Source of the DNA: a virus
Lineage: Duplodnaviria; Caudoviricetes
Length of the DNA: 51,502 nucleotides
Virus record (IMG/VR): IMGVR_UViG_3300046722_000334
Span: 1-51,502 of that record
Reading direction: 5' to 3' (one strand)
Every line of letters begins with the position of its first letter. Position 1 is the stretch's first letter. Below the pieces are notes generated by a model that saw nothing but the letters and a program-made list of their open reading frames with translations, had not been told where the DNA came from and searched no databases. This document shows, piece after piece, positions 34,988 to 44,297 of this stretch. A program made the position numbers and the translations under genes.

Positions 34988-35649
34988 TGCAGATCGAAGT
35001 CGTTTCTCCTTTCCCTTTCGAAGCCTTGCCGCGCGTATTCCGCTGGATGCAGACCTTCCGCCATAAAGTCTCGGATGATTTTAGCCCGCAAACTCTGGAT
35101 GCGTTTGTCCTGGAGATGTCCGCGAAGTGGGATCGCACTAAAACCTGGGCCGTGTATGGCGATGGCGAGCTGGGAGGCCTGATCACGTTCGAACAGTTGT
35201 CGCCCTGGTTGGGGACCGCGCATTGCCTGTTCAAGCCTTCCTTCCAGGGCAAGGGGATTGCACCGGATGCCTGCCGCGTGGCGCTCACGGAGATGTTCAC
35301 GCTCGTGGGCAAGCTGGAGTTTTACGTGAACAGCGGCAATAAGGCCATTGGCTCGATGCTCGTGAATCTGGGAGCGAAGCGCGAAGGCCTCCTCGAAAAA
35401 CATACTCTGTGCGGAGGGAAGCCCACAGACCTGATCATCTACGGACTTCCCAAGGACCGGTTCCATGTCATTTCTAACGACGACCACAAGCAAATCGAGC
35501 AACCAGTCAAACAAAACGCTGATGCCGGGGACGGAGGGCACGTTCAACTCCCTAAACTCGTACATCTCGGATGCGATGCTGGGCCAGAACAATCCGGCGC
35601 TGGCCAAACTGAAGACCACGGCGCAGCAGAACATCAACGCGGGCTATAG
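34987..35649 (+). CDS. GNAT acetyltransferase (RimJ/RimL-like) in the virion module
   Basis: FQGKGIA, NKAIGSML.NLGAKREGLL, DLIIYGL. Confidence 0.85.
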   Translation: MQIEVVSPFPFEALPRVFRWMQTFRHKVSDDFSPQTLDAFVLEMSAKWDRTKTWAVYGDGELGGLITFEQLSPWLGTAHCLFKPSFQGKGIAPDACRVALTEMFTLVGKLEFYVNSGNKAIGSMLVNLGAKREGLLEKHTLCGGKPTDLIIYGLPKDRFHVISNDDHKQIEQPVKQNADAGDGGHVQLPKLVHLGCDAGPEQSGAGQTEDHGAAEHQRGL

Positions 35650-36025
35650 GAGCGCTCCCCAGGCGCTGGCCACGAATTTAGCGCGCCGCGGCCTCGGTTC
35701 CTCAGGGCTTGCGGGTAAGGGCATGACCGCGCTCGAGACCTCGCGGCTGGGCGACTTCTCCAACCTCGAAGGAACCATGGCGGGCTTGTCTCTCGATCAA
35801 CAGAATAAAGGCGCGAGCCTCGCTGAACAAATGTTGGGCATGACCATGGGCACACAGTCCACCGGCACGCAGACTGACAGCGGCATGGGCGGGCTGATGA
35901 AGTTGATCGGCACGCTGGGCGGCGCGTTTTTGACCGGCGGCGGCGGAATGTCTGCCAATGCGGCGAGCGGCGGCTACAACGCCAACCCCAACGGCCTCGG
36001 GATTTCTAATGGTTTCGGAGGATAA
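35465..36025 (+). CDS. Internal virion/ejection protein (small)
   Basis: NLARRGLGSSG; Gly-rich hydrophobic C-terminus. Confidence 0.75.
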   Translation: MSFLTTTTSKSSNQSNKTLMPGTEGTFNSLNSYISDAMLGQNNPALAKLKTTAQQNINAGYRSAPQALATNLARRGLGSSGLAGKGMTALETSRLGDFSNLEGTMAGLSLDQQNKGASLAEQMLGMTMGTQSTGTQTDSGMGGLMKLIGTLGGAFLTGGGGMSANAASGGYNANPNGLGISNGFGG

Positions 36026-36026
36026 C

Positions 36027-37301
36027 ATGGCGGCTCAATCGGGTTTCGAAGGTCTCTCAGAAGGTCTGCTCCAAGGCATGACCGTGCGCGCAATGATTCA
36101 GCGGCAGCAGGACGAGCACCAGGCCATGCTGACCAACCAGGCGCTCCACGATCAGCAAATGTCGGTGCAGGACATAATGAACCGGCAGTACGTGACCTCG
36201 CATTCCAGGCCGGTCGTGGGTGGCACGATCCAGGATCAGATGACGCTGCCCGATACCGGGAAGCCCACCGCGGAGCCTAGCACGATTGGCGATTACGGTG
36301 GCGCCCCGAGCACCCCGCCCACCGGCAACGACACCGGCCAGGGTGGTACGGCGGCCGGCCGCGTAATTCCGTTCGCGCGCAAGCCGGATGCTTCCCGCAC
36401 TATCAAGCTGAAAGACTCGCAAGGCGGAGTGACGCAGCACGAACTATTCACGCCAGAGGAAGAGACCCAGCGGGCGTTGAAGGCCTCGACCAACACGATC
36501 ACAGCGGACGCAATGGCAAAAGCGGACGCCGCGCAAAAGGTGCGCCAGCAATACGGCATCGCGCCCGCTTCCGGTGTGAACACCAGCATCGGCGTGCCCG
36601 AAGGGACCAAATGGTTACCGGCGGAGTGGGACAAGATCGCGGAGAAGATCATCTCGGCTACCAAGACGCCGAACCTGCATTTCCAATCGCACGATACCGG
36701 CGATGGCCATTATGTGGTGCAGGGATTCGATCCCCAAACTGGAGCATTGAAGAGCACCACCCAAACGACCGGCAAGCCAACCGACAAGGAAGCCCAAGGA
36801 ACAGCTACCGACGATAACGGCAACGTCACCCACTACTCGATCAAAGACGGCAAAATCACCAAAACGCCGCTCGGCGCAATCGGCAAGACAAAGACCCAGC
36901 CCAGCCTGACTCCAGGCGAAACATTGACTGATACCCGCTTGCGCCAAAGGCAAGCGGAAGAAGACCTGAAAGCCAAAAAGAAAGACATGGAGGCGGTCCA
37001 GCAGAAAGAAGACGACGAACACGCCACACGGCTGAGCCTCGGCGCCCAATTGGCCGACCCGAGTCTCACGCAGGCCAAGAGCGACGACCCGAAGGCGAAC
37101 GCCCGCCGGAGCGAACTCAACGCCTCAATGACGGCCAGCACGTTCAAAATCAAGGCGTATCAGTCACGCAAAGCAGCGATTGCAGGCGCACAAGTCCCCG
37201 ATCAACAAGCCCAATCCCGCATGGCGGAGGGCCAGCAACGGCCCGCTCCTGACGGGCACGTGTGGGAGAAAAAGGGCGGCATCGTCTACTTCGTGAAGTG
37301 A
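36027..37301 (+). CDS. Internal virion/ejection protein (medium)
   Basis: MAAQSGFEGLSEGLLQG; GGAGG RBS; position. Confidence 0.75.
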   Translation: MAAQSGFEGLSEGLLQGMTVRAMIQRQQDEHQAMLTNQALHDQQMSVQDIMNRQYVTSHSRPVVGGTIQDQMTLPDTGKPTAEPSTIGDYGGAPSTPPTGNDTGQGGTAAGRVIPFARKPDASRTIKLKDSQGGVTQHELFTPEEETQRALKASTNTITADAMAKADAAQKVRQQYGIAPASGVNTSIGVPEGTKWLPAEWDKIAEKIISATKTPNLHFQSHDTGDGHYVVQGFDPQTGALKSTTQTTGKPTDKEAQGTATDDNGNVTHYSIKDGKITKTPLGAIGKTKTQPSLTPGETLTDTRLRQRQAEEDLKAKKKDMEAVQQKEDDEHATRLSLGAQLADPSLTQAKSDDPKANARRSELNASMTASTFKIKAYQSRKAAIAGAQVPDQQAQSRMAEGQQRPAPDGHVWEKKGGIVYFVK

Positions 37302-37323
37302 CCCTATGCCGGCCTGAAATAAA

Positions 37324-40300
37324 ATGCCTAGTTCCTTCAGCACTTGGGCGGACGAACCGTCCCCGGCCAAAAGCGCCCCGCCTCCGCCAGCCCCAGCCCC
37401 CCCCGGCGCACGCTTCAGCGCCTGGGCGGACGAGCAGCCGTCCGGCGTCACCGCTTCCCCCTTGCCCGCCGCTCCCGGCGCCACCGGTCCCGGCACACCG
37501 CCGGCCAGCGGCCCGCCTACCGTCTACGGCCCCCGGAATCCCGATCTGCGCAGCGTGAAGCCGCCGTACGCGCCAGCGGCCCCGCCTCCCGCCGCTGCGA
37601 CCCCCCGCACCGGCCCACAGATTCTCGCAGAAGAGCCCGCTTCGCTCCCAAAGCCACTGGATGTCTACCGCCGTCAGCCCGGCACCCCTCAGTACACGGG
37701 TCCACAAGGGCAAACGGTAGATACATCGCATCTGGCATCTACCAACACCGACAGCCTCGCTCAAGCTGGAGCGGATCTGCGCGACCTCTTGCTTGGTCCC
37801 GCCTATGGCAACCCGTTAAAAGCCGCGTCGACCACCGAAAAAGTATTAAACGGCGTGCTCCGCGCCACCGCCTCCATCTCCACCCCGGAAAGCATCGCTC
37901 TATGGCTTACCGGCGTCGGCGTTGCTGCGCAATTACCTAAGTTGGCGGAGACCGTAACGGGCGCGCGTATACTCTCCCAGAATCCCCGGCTCCGTAACGC
38001 CGTAGACATCGTGACCCGTAACGCGGTTCCTTTGGCTTTCGGCACCCAACAAACCGCAGTGGGTGTGCCGGAGACGATCCAGGGCATCCAAGCAGGCGAT
38101 CCGGAGCGAACCACGCAAGGACTGGCCAGTCTTGCCTTGGGAGGCGCCGGACTCTATGCCGGGGCCCGCGGCATGGCCGAAACCGCCGGCACGCGGGAAG
38201 CGCTCCAGACCCGCTTGAACGCCGAAGAGACCGCCCGCGCCACTGCCGAACGCCAGGCTACCGCCCGCGCGCCGCGCTTGGCCGCTGCCGGGGAACCCTC
38301 GCCTCCCGCTCCTGGAACGCCCCCCCCCGCGCCGCCTCCCGTACAGGACCTTGGGAAAGGATGGTCGACCTCTCCAGCAATCAGTAAGCTCGAATCCACA
38401 ATTCAAGAAGCGGAACAACAAGCCGTAAGCGAACGTGCGCCTGCTCCGGCTTCAGGCGTCCGAGTACGTCCGACCTCTCCAGTCGTGCCGGTTATGCCTC
38501 CGAGCCCTGCCGCGGAACCTGCTGGCGCGCAAGGGACCGCACCGCAGGAAACAGGGATACAGGCACCGCCGAGGGAGCAGACCGCCGAGGAGCAGCAACG
38601 CAGCGACTTTTACGCGCCTGGCAATATCATCTACACCCACTACTGGCACAAGTACGATCGCGTGCTTGAATCCTGGCAGGCTACCGACCGTCCGCAGGGA
38701 GACTGGGGAGTCTTGGTGCAGGAGTCCGACAAGTACGGGAATCCGGTTCCTGGCACTGAACCCCGCTGGCATCGCACACAACCGGATCCACGCGACAAAA
38801 TCGTGGGAAAAGTACAAGCGCAACCCGTTACCCCACAAATCGCCGCGCCGCAGGAAACGGGAGTACCGGCACCGCCGGTTGAAACGGGGCCTCCTCCAAA
38901 CCAAGAACTCCCCGAGCAAGTGGCACAGAATCAGCCGATCGCGGAAACGAAACCACCAGAAACCACAACTCCCCCACAAGATCTAGGGAAAGGATGGACT
39001 ACACCAGTTCCAGAGGTTAGCCCTTCGAGCCCTGCTCCGGAAGCTGAGGCCGCACGTGTGTCGGGAGCGCAGGAGCCGAAACTTATCACTGCGCGGCCAT
39101 CTCTCGGCACGACAGGAAGGGATATTTACCAGGGCTGGAAAGCTCTTACAGAGACCACTAGCCCGCCACGAGCCACCATCGAGGGATACGTTCCAGGTAC
39201 AGGGCGCTTTGATTTTCGCAACGGCAAGATAGTCAGGCTGCAAACGGAAAGCACTAGGCGCGGCAACGTGAGCACTTATCGAGATGCGACTCCTGCGGAA
39301 ATCGGAGAAATCCACGATGCTATCGACCGCGGCCAGTTCCAGGTAGAACAGCGCACGATCAGGGGCGCTCTTGGGGTCCGGCAATTCAGTGACGCTGGAG
39401 CCCTTGAAAAGGTGTTTCACCAAGCAACAGGCCGCCCGCTTCCAGAATTCCTTGGTACCAAAGAAGGGCAAGATTGGGCGCGGCGCACGCACTATCGGGA
39501 AGAGCCCCCTGTCCAGTCCCCCGCTCCAGAAACCATCACAAAACCCGAAGATTCGCTCAACACAGCCTTACGAAACCGGGCAAAAGTAGTTGCCGAGTCT
39601 CAGCGTCAAGAGCAGTCTCCCGAACCCGGGCCCGTCATCTTTGGTAAGCCGGGGACCTACTCCGGTACGATCCGCATTGAAGCGCGTTCAGGTGATCCGA
39701 TCTACGGTGATCGCGTGTATCTAGAGAAAAGGAAGGGATCAAAAGAGTGGAGCGTGAGAGCGAGGGACTATGAAACGCTTCCCGGTGAGAAGTTCCCGGC
39801 GCACTTGGAACAGACAATTGCATCAGGCCTGACACTGAAGCAGGCAAAAGCCCTCTCTCAGCAGCGATTGCAGTCTGGTGAGACGTTTGACAGGACCCGA
39901 CCCGCGTATCACCCAAACGGCAAGGCCGTAACGCTTCCGCCTCGGCAGCAGGCAGCGGGTAGCCCTCCGAGCCACTCCCTAGCTCCTGTGGAAGCGAAGC
40001 CCTCCCGCCGCCCCACCCAGCGCGGCAGTTTCAGCCGCAAGCCCAACAAGCCCCCCCAGCAGGGCACCATCGAAGAGCTGAGCGCCGCCATTGGCGAGCA
40101 CGGCGCCCCGGAAAGGCCCTCCTCCGAGAAGGTAACAACCGTAGGCGATGCCCGCGAGCGCGTCAAGGAGGCCGTAGACAAGTTCAAGGGCAGCATGAAG
40201 GCCTTAGGCAAGGCCTACACGAATCCCCGCAGCTCGATCCTGCTCCCTGCCAGCGGCAAGGATGTGAGCGACTACGAGCGCGCCTTGGGCCACTGGTCCG

Positions 40301-42228
40301 GAGCCGATAACCGCGCCGCCTTCCTGCTATATCGCTTCCGGAAAGCCGCAGAAGAAGCCGTGCCCTCACCAGCCGTGCGCGAGGCAATGACCAACTGGAT
40401 CCAGGCGGGCGGCGATGACAAGCTGCTCGCCCAGCGCGCGGCAGACTCGCGGCGCGGCCTGAAGACCCACCGCTACGCCAAGGGCTACGAGGACGCCCAG
40501 CATCTCACCCAGGAAGAGAAGCACGTGGCCAAGGACATCATCGGCTACAACGACCGCGTATTGCGCCAGATGCAGGAAGCCGGGATCTTGTCAGAAGGCG
40601 TCGTAAATTACGTGACGCAGTTGTACGAGAAAGAGCCCGTGATCCTCAACAAGGTGATGGCGCAGGCCAACCTAGATGGGCTGATGACGCGACCGTACTT
40701 CGTGAACAAGCGGACGTTTGAGAGCTACTTCGACGCCGAGCAGGCCGGGTTCAAGCCGCGCAACAAGGATGTCTTCTACCTGGCTGCAGCGCATGACCGG
40801 GCTTTGCAGGAGGCGCTGGCGGCGCGTGAGTTCGTCAAACGGCTGAAGGATGGAGAAGCCTCCGACGGTCGGCCGCTGGCGATTACCTCATGGGCCACCG
40901 CGCGGGAAGTTCCCGCCGAGAATGAACCCGGCAAGGCGCTCATGATCTCGCCCAACACGAGCAAGGAAGGCGAATTCGCGGATTACCTGCCGCTCGATCA
41001 TCCCGCTTTGCGCGGCTGGCGCTGGGCCGCGGAAGACTCCAAAGGCCAGTCTATTGTGGTCAAGGGCGATGTACTGGTGCATCCCGAGATTCACCGGCAC
41101 TTGAAAAACAACCTCAGCAAGGGCGGTATCTCCAATTTCTCATTTGAGGCTGGCGGCCAGGTCTGGAAGCCCGGCGAGCGCGCGCTGCGCATCAACGCCG
41201 GACTGAAGCACGCCATCTTCATGCTGAGCCGGTTCCACGAGACGACCCTAGAGTCGCATGCGCTAGAGCACCGCACGAACCCCTGGAACCTAGTCGACCT
41301 GGACATGCAAGACCCCAACCAACGCGCGCTGATAAACGGCGGCTTGATGGTGGCGCACTACGAAGGCATGGACGCCTTCTCCGAAGGACTCACCGGTCCG
41401 AACCTCCGCAATGTACCAGGCATCGGGCCTTTCCTGCACGGCTACGTGGACCATCTCTTCAAGGAAAAGATACCTGCCTTGGCGATGAACGTGGGACTGC
41501 ACGCGCTCGAGCGCAACCGGGCCCGCTACGCTGGCCAGTTCACCGACGCGAAGATTGCGCAGATCACCGCCAAGCAAATGAATGCGGCCTTTGGCACCAT
41601 CAACTACCGGCTGCTGGGCCGCAACCGGACGCTACAAGAAACGCTGCGCCTGCTCTTCATGGCACCGCAATTCCTCGAGGGGCGCGCCAAGTTCGTGGCT
41701 CAGGCTTTCCGGCCGCAAGGGCGGGAGCAGCTCTGGGCGTACCTGCTGGGCGCGGCCGGATTTCTGACGCTGGCTCAGGTTGCTAACATCCTCGTCAACG
41801 GAAAGCCTGACTGGGAAGATCCGTTTGCGGCTAAGATCTTCGGCAAGATCATTTCGATGCGCTCGGTCCAAGAGGACACTTGGCAGGCGCTGACCGAGAC
41901 GGGCCGCTTCCTCCACAACCGCCTGGGACCGCCGGCCAGTTTCCTACACGATTACATCGGAAGCAAAAACATCTTCGGCGGGAAACAGACCTTGGGGCAA
42001 GGGGCACTCGAGGCCGCACGGCGCAACGTGCCGATCCCAGTGCAACCCTGGACCCGCACCAGCAAAGCTACGGTCGAGGAACGTATTGCGGAGACCATCC
42101 TGCGGGCCATCGGCATTAACATCCGCAACCCGCGGGTGAAGGCGGCGCCGGCCGGCCGACCGCCCGCCCGCGATCCGGCCGCTGCGATGCGGCGCCGCCA
42201 AAAGCAGTTGACCCGACCGCCCCGCTAG
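37324..42228 (+). CDS. Large modular internal virion/ejection protein, 1634 aa
   Basis: Last and largest late gene; Pro-rich linkers between small domains; helical C-terminal region. Confidence 0.8.
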   Translation: MPSSFSTWADEPSPAKSAPPPPAPAPPGARFSAWADEQPSGVTASPLPAAPGATGPGTPPASGPPTVYGPRNPDLRSVKPPYAPAAPPPAAATPRTGPQILAEEPASLPKPLDVYRRQPGTPQYTGPQGQTVDTSHLASTNTDSLAQAGADLRDLLLGPAYGNPLKAASTTEKVLNGVLRATASISTPESIALWLTGVGVAAQLPKLAETVTGARILSQNPRLRNAVDIVTRNAVPLAFGTQQTAVGVPETIQGIQAGDPERTTQGLASLALGGAGLYAGARGMAETAGTREALQTRLNAEETARATAERQATARAPRLAAAGEPSPPAPGTPPPAPPPVQDLGKGWSTSPAISKLESTIQEAEQQAVSERAPAPASGVRVRPTSPVVPVMPPSPAAEPAGAQGTAPQETGIQAPPREQTAEEQQRSDFYAPGNIIYTHYWHKYDRVLESWQATDRPQGDWGVLVQESDKYGNPVPGTEPRWHRTQPDPRDKIVGKVQAQPVTPQIAAPQETGVPAPPVETGPPPNQELPEQVAQNQPIAETKPPETTTPPQDLGKGWTTPVPEVSPSSPAPEAEAARVSGAQEPKLITARPSLGTTGRDIYQGWKALTETTSPPRATIEGYVPGTGRFDFRNGKIVRLQTESTRRGNVSTYRDATPAEIGEIHDAIDRGQFQVEQRTIRGALGVRQFSDAGALEKVFHQATGRPLPEFLGTKEGQDWARRTHYREEPPVQSPAPETITKPEDSLNTALRNRAKVVAESQRQEQSPEPGPVIFGKPGTYSGTIRIEARSGDPIYGDRVYLEKRKGSKEWSVRARDYETLPGEKFPAHLEQTIASGLTLKQAKALSQQRLQSGETFDRTRPAYHPNGKAVTLPPRQQAAGSPPSHSLAPVEAKPSRRPTQRGSFSRKPNKPPQQGTIEELSAAIGEHGAPERPSSEKVTTVGDARERVKEAVDKFKGSMKALGKAYTNPRSSILLPASGKDVSDYERALGHWSGADNRAAFLLYRFRKAAEEAVPSPAVREAMTNWIQAGGDDKLLAQRAADSRRGLKTHRYAKGYEDAQHLTQEEKHVAKDIIGYNDRVLRQMQEAGILSEGVVNYVTQLYEKEPVILNKVMAQANLDGLMTRPYFVNKRTFESYFDAEQAGFKPRNKDVFYLAAAHDRALQEALAAREFVKRLKDGEASDGRPLAITSWATAREVPAENEPGKALMISPNTSKEGEFADYLPLDHPALRGWRWAAEDSKGQSIVVKGDVLVHPEIHRHLKNNLSKGGISNFSFEAGGQVWKPGERALRINAGLKHAIFMLSRFHETTLESHALEHRTNPWNLVDLDMQDPNQRALINGGLMVAHYEGMDAFSEGLTGPNLRNVPGIGPFLHGYVDHLFKEKIPALAMNVGLHALERNRARYAGQFTDAKIAQITAKQMNAAFGTINYRLLGRNRTLQETLRLLFMAPQFLEGRAKFVAQAFRPQGREQLWAYLLGAAGFLTLAQVANILVNGKPDWEDPFAAKIFGKIISMRSVQEDTWQALTETGRFLHNRLGPPASFLHDYIGSKNIFGGKQTLGQGALEAARRNVPIPVQPWTRTSKATVEERIAETILRAIGINIRNPRVKAAPAGRPPARDPAAAMRRRQKQLTRPPR

Positions 42229-42284
42229 GGCGGGTTACTCCCGCCGATGATCCATTCCCAGACCTGGCTGATCCATTCCCACAT
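42225..42284 (-). CDS. 19-aa Trp-rich peptide MWEWISQVWEWIIGGSNPP
   Basis: AAGGAGG RBS 9 nt upstream; directly follows the 78-aa gene. Confidence 0.55.
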   Translation of the reverse strand: MWEWISQVWEWIIGGSNPP

Positions 42285-42298
42285 TTGGAACCGCCTCC

Positions 42299-42535
42299 TT
42301 ACCCGCCAGCGCCGCGAGTGGACCCGATCAGGCTTCGCGCCCAAGTCCGGATACCCTCCGCCTCCGTGCCGGTGAAGTCCAAATAGCTGGGTAGGCCGCC
42401 CCCTACTACAGAAGGCGGCTGAATGTACACCCGCACTCCCATTCCGGCGCCGATCGGCTGTTGCAAGCTGATCGGTCCGATGAGCTGCTCCGGGATCGCG
42501 TACGACCCTAGCTGCACAAAGATTGGCATAGCCAA
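42299..42535 (-). CDS. Hypothetical protein
   Basis: AAGGAG RBS plus TTG start; 78 aa. Confidence 0.7.
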   Translation of the reverse strand: MAMPIFVQLGSYAIPEQLIGPISLQQPIGAGMGVRVYIQPPSVVGGGLPSYLDFTGTEAEGIRTWARSLIGSTRGAGG

Positions 42536-42576
42536 GTGATTCTCCTTTGGAATCAGCGTATCATCTCATCAGCCAT

Positions 42577-43173
42577 ATGAGAGCCGCTATTTACGCCCGC
42601 GTTTCGACAAAAGATAAAGGACAGGAGACCGAGAACCAACTCGTCCAGCAGCGCGCCTACGCCAAGGCCTTGGGCTGGGAAGTCCGAGAGTTCATCGACC
42701 ATGATCACGGAGACCGCAGCGACCGCGAACAGTTCCAGGCCATCTTTACGGCCGCCTCAAGGCGTGAAATCGATGTAGTGCTCGTCTGGGCGCTCGACCG
42801 ATTCACCCGCGAAGGTGTCGCCGAAACCTTCATCCACATCAAGAAGCTCCTGGACTACGGCGTGCAGTTCGAAAGCTTGACCGAGCCGCACTTCCGCACC
42901 ACCGGGCCCGCCGGCGAGCTCATGATCGCCATCGCCGCCTGGATTGCCAAGCAGGAGCGTATCCGCATCTCGGAGCGCACCAAGGCCGGCCTGGCGATCG
43001 CGCGAGCCAAAGGTCACATTCCCGGCCGGCGCCCCAAGGTCTTCGACCGCGACCGCGCCCGCAGCTTGCGCAACCAGACGCCGCCGGTTAGCTGGCGCGC
43101 GATCGCCCGCGAGCTCGGTGTGGCCGAATCCTCCATCCGGGCCGTGCTCAACCGCAGCACCGTGCCCGGCTAA
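42577..43173 (+). CDS. Small serine recombinase (resolvase/invertase) with C-terminal HTH
   Basis: MRAAIYARVSTKDKGQ, LDRFTR, ERIRISERTKAGLAIARAKG..GR, WRAIARELGV. Confidence 0.95.
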   Translation: MRAAIYARVSTKDKGQETENQLVQQRAYAKALGWEVREFIDHDHGDRSDREQFQAIFTAASRREIDVVLVWALDRFTREGVAETFIHIKKLLDYGVQFESLTEPHFRTTGPAGELMIAIAAWIAKQERIRISERTKAGLAIARAKGHIPGRRPKVFDRDRARSLRNQTPPVSWRAIARELGVAESSIRAVLNRSTVPG

Positions 43174-43212
43174 ACCCTAGCCTTCGCTTTTCCTTCAAGA
43201 ATCTTTGCATCT

Positions 43213-43255
43213 ACGCTGTTTTTGTCTTTACATCGCACGCTGTTTGTGTCACACT
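43213..43255 (+). promoter_or_regulatory. Sigma70-like promoter overlapped by a direct-repeat operator
   Basis: TTTACA(43227)-17bp-CACACT; ACGCTGTTT(T/G)TGTC at 43213-43226 and 43237-43250. Confidence 0.55.
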
Positions 43256-43269
43256 ACAAGTAGAGAGAG

Positions 43270-43517
43270 CCGCTACCAGCGGCAGGAGAAAAAAATGAAA
43301 AACACGAGCAAACAAGTAACGATCTCTGTGCGAACAGTGGGCCAATCGTTCGGCTGCGAAGGAATCCTGAGATGCGGTTCGCGTGTGATTTGGACGAGCC
43401 GAGTGTACCCCTTCGGCTTCCGCGCCAATGCGTACACGGCGGCAGAGGATAAAGCAAAAGCTGAAGGATGGGCGGTCAGATAACGCCACGTTCCGCTACC
43501 AGCGGCAGGAGAAAAAA
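43270..43517 (+). repeat. 25-bp direct repeat (hairpin plus RBS) before two consecutive genes
   Basis: CCGCTACCAGCGGCAGGAGAAAAAA at 43270-43294 and 43493-43517. Confidence 0.95.
43295..43483 (+). CDS. 62-aa hypothetical protein (cassette 1)
   Basis: AGGAG RBS; MKNTSKQV... Confidence 0.8.
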   Translation: MKNTSKQVTISVRTVGQSFGCEGILRCGSRVIWTSRVYPFGFRANAYTAAEDKAKAEGWAVR

Positions 43518-43518
43518 G

Positions 43519-43749
43519 ATGAAAATCCAATACACCAACGGACAAGCGGCGCAAGAAGTGGACGACTATGGTGCCGCGGTCGACCTTATCGAGGCATCTT
43601 ATCCCGACGCGATCTTTACGCGACGCGATGGTTGGGACGGCGAGCCGGACGAATCCACCAGCGTCCTTGTATGGCGAAATGAGGCCGAGGCGGGCCCTAA
43701 TGGTCATGGTGACGATGGATCGCGAGCAATCGCGGAGATCAGTTTGTAA
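43519..43749 (+). CDS. 76-aa acidic hypothetical protein (cassette 2)
   Basis: AGGAG RBS; MKIQYTNG...VLVWRNEAEA...DDGSRAIAEI. Confidence 0.8.
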   Translation: MKIQYTNGQAAQEVDDYGAAVDLIEASYPDAIFTRRDGWDGEPDESTSVLVWRNEAEAGPNGHGDDGSRAIAEISL

Positions 43750-43905
43750 ATGCCACGCTCCCTCACTTCCGCCCAGGCCCGCAACCTCGCCAAGTTGCGC
43801 AAAACCTACGGGGCTGGCACCGGCCGGCCCCGATCCGGAAAGCCCCGCTGCCAGTGCGGCGCTATGACCGCCAAGCGCGCCAAAGCCCGCTTCCATCACT
43901 GCTAG
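43750..43905 (+). CDS. 51-aa basic, probably DNA-binding protein (not in ORF track)
   Basis: MPRSLTSAQARNLAKLRKTYGAGTGRPRSGKPRCQCGAMTAKRAKARFHHC; AT-hook-like GRPR. Confidence 0.65.
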   Translation: MPRSLTSAQARNLAKLRKTYGAGTGRPRSGKPRCQCGAMTAKRAKARFHHC

Positions 43906-44297
43906 AGCTCCGCGTCCACCCCAAGCAGATAGTACGGGCGCCCTTCCGCGATTCCGGCTGCAACCGCCCCTTCAGCTTTGGCCTTGTCGCTGAATACTTT
44001 GACCGGCCGCCGTGCGTACCCCTTCCTATTCCCCTTTACCGCCCCAGTCCCCTTCACCATCACAACCCACACCGTCACCGCCCCACCGCTAATGGCCAGC
44101 CTATCCATCACCGCCTTCCTGTGTTCGCGCGTTTCACTGCACACCTCCTGAAATTCTCGCGCGAATTCCGGATCCTTTTTTTTCCACCGCGAAGGTACCC
44201 CCTGCGTGATTCCGGCTGCCCGAGCGGCGCCTTTAATGTTTCCGGTAATCCGAAAGGCGGCCAGGAAACAATCTTTGTTGAAACGGTTGTAAGGCAT
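43902..44297 (-). CDS. TerS-like HTH protein
   Basis: KDCFLAAFRITGNIKGAARAAGITQGVPSRWKKKDPEFAREF. Confidence 0.7.
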   Translation of the reverse strand: MPYNRFNKDCFLAAFRITGNIKGAARAAGITQGVPSRWKKKDPEFAREFQEVCSETREHRKAVMDRLAISGGAVTVWVVMVKGTGAVKGNRKGYARRPVKVFSDKAKAEGAVAAGIAEGRPYYLLGVDAEL

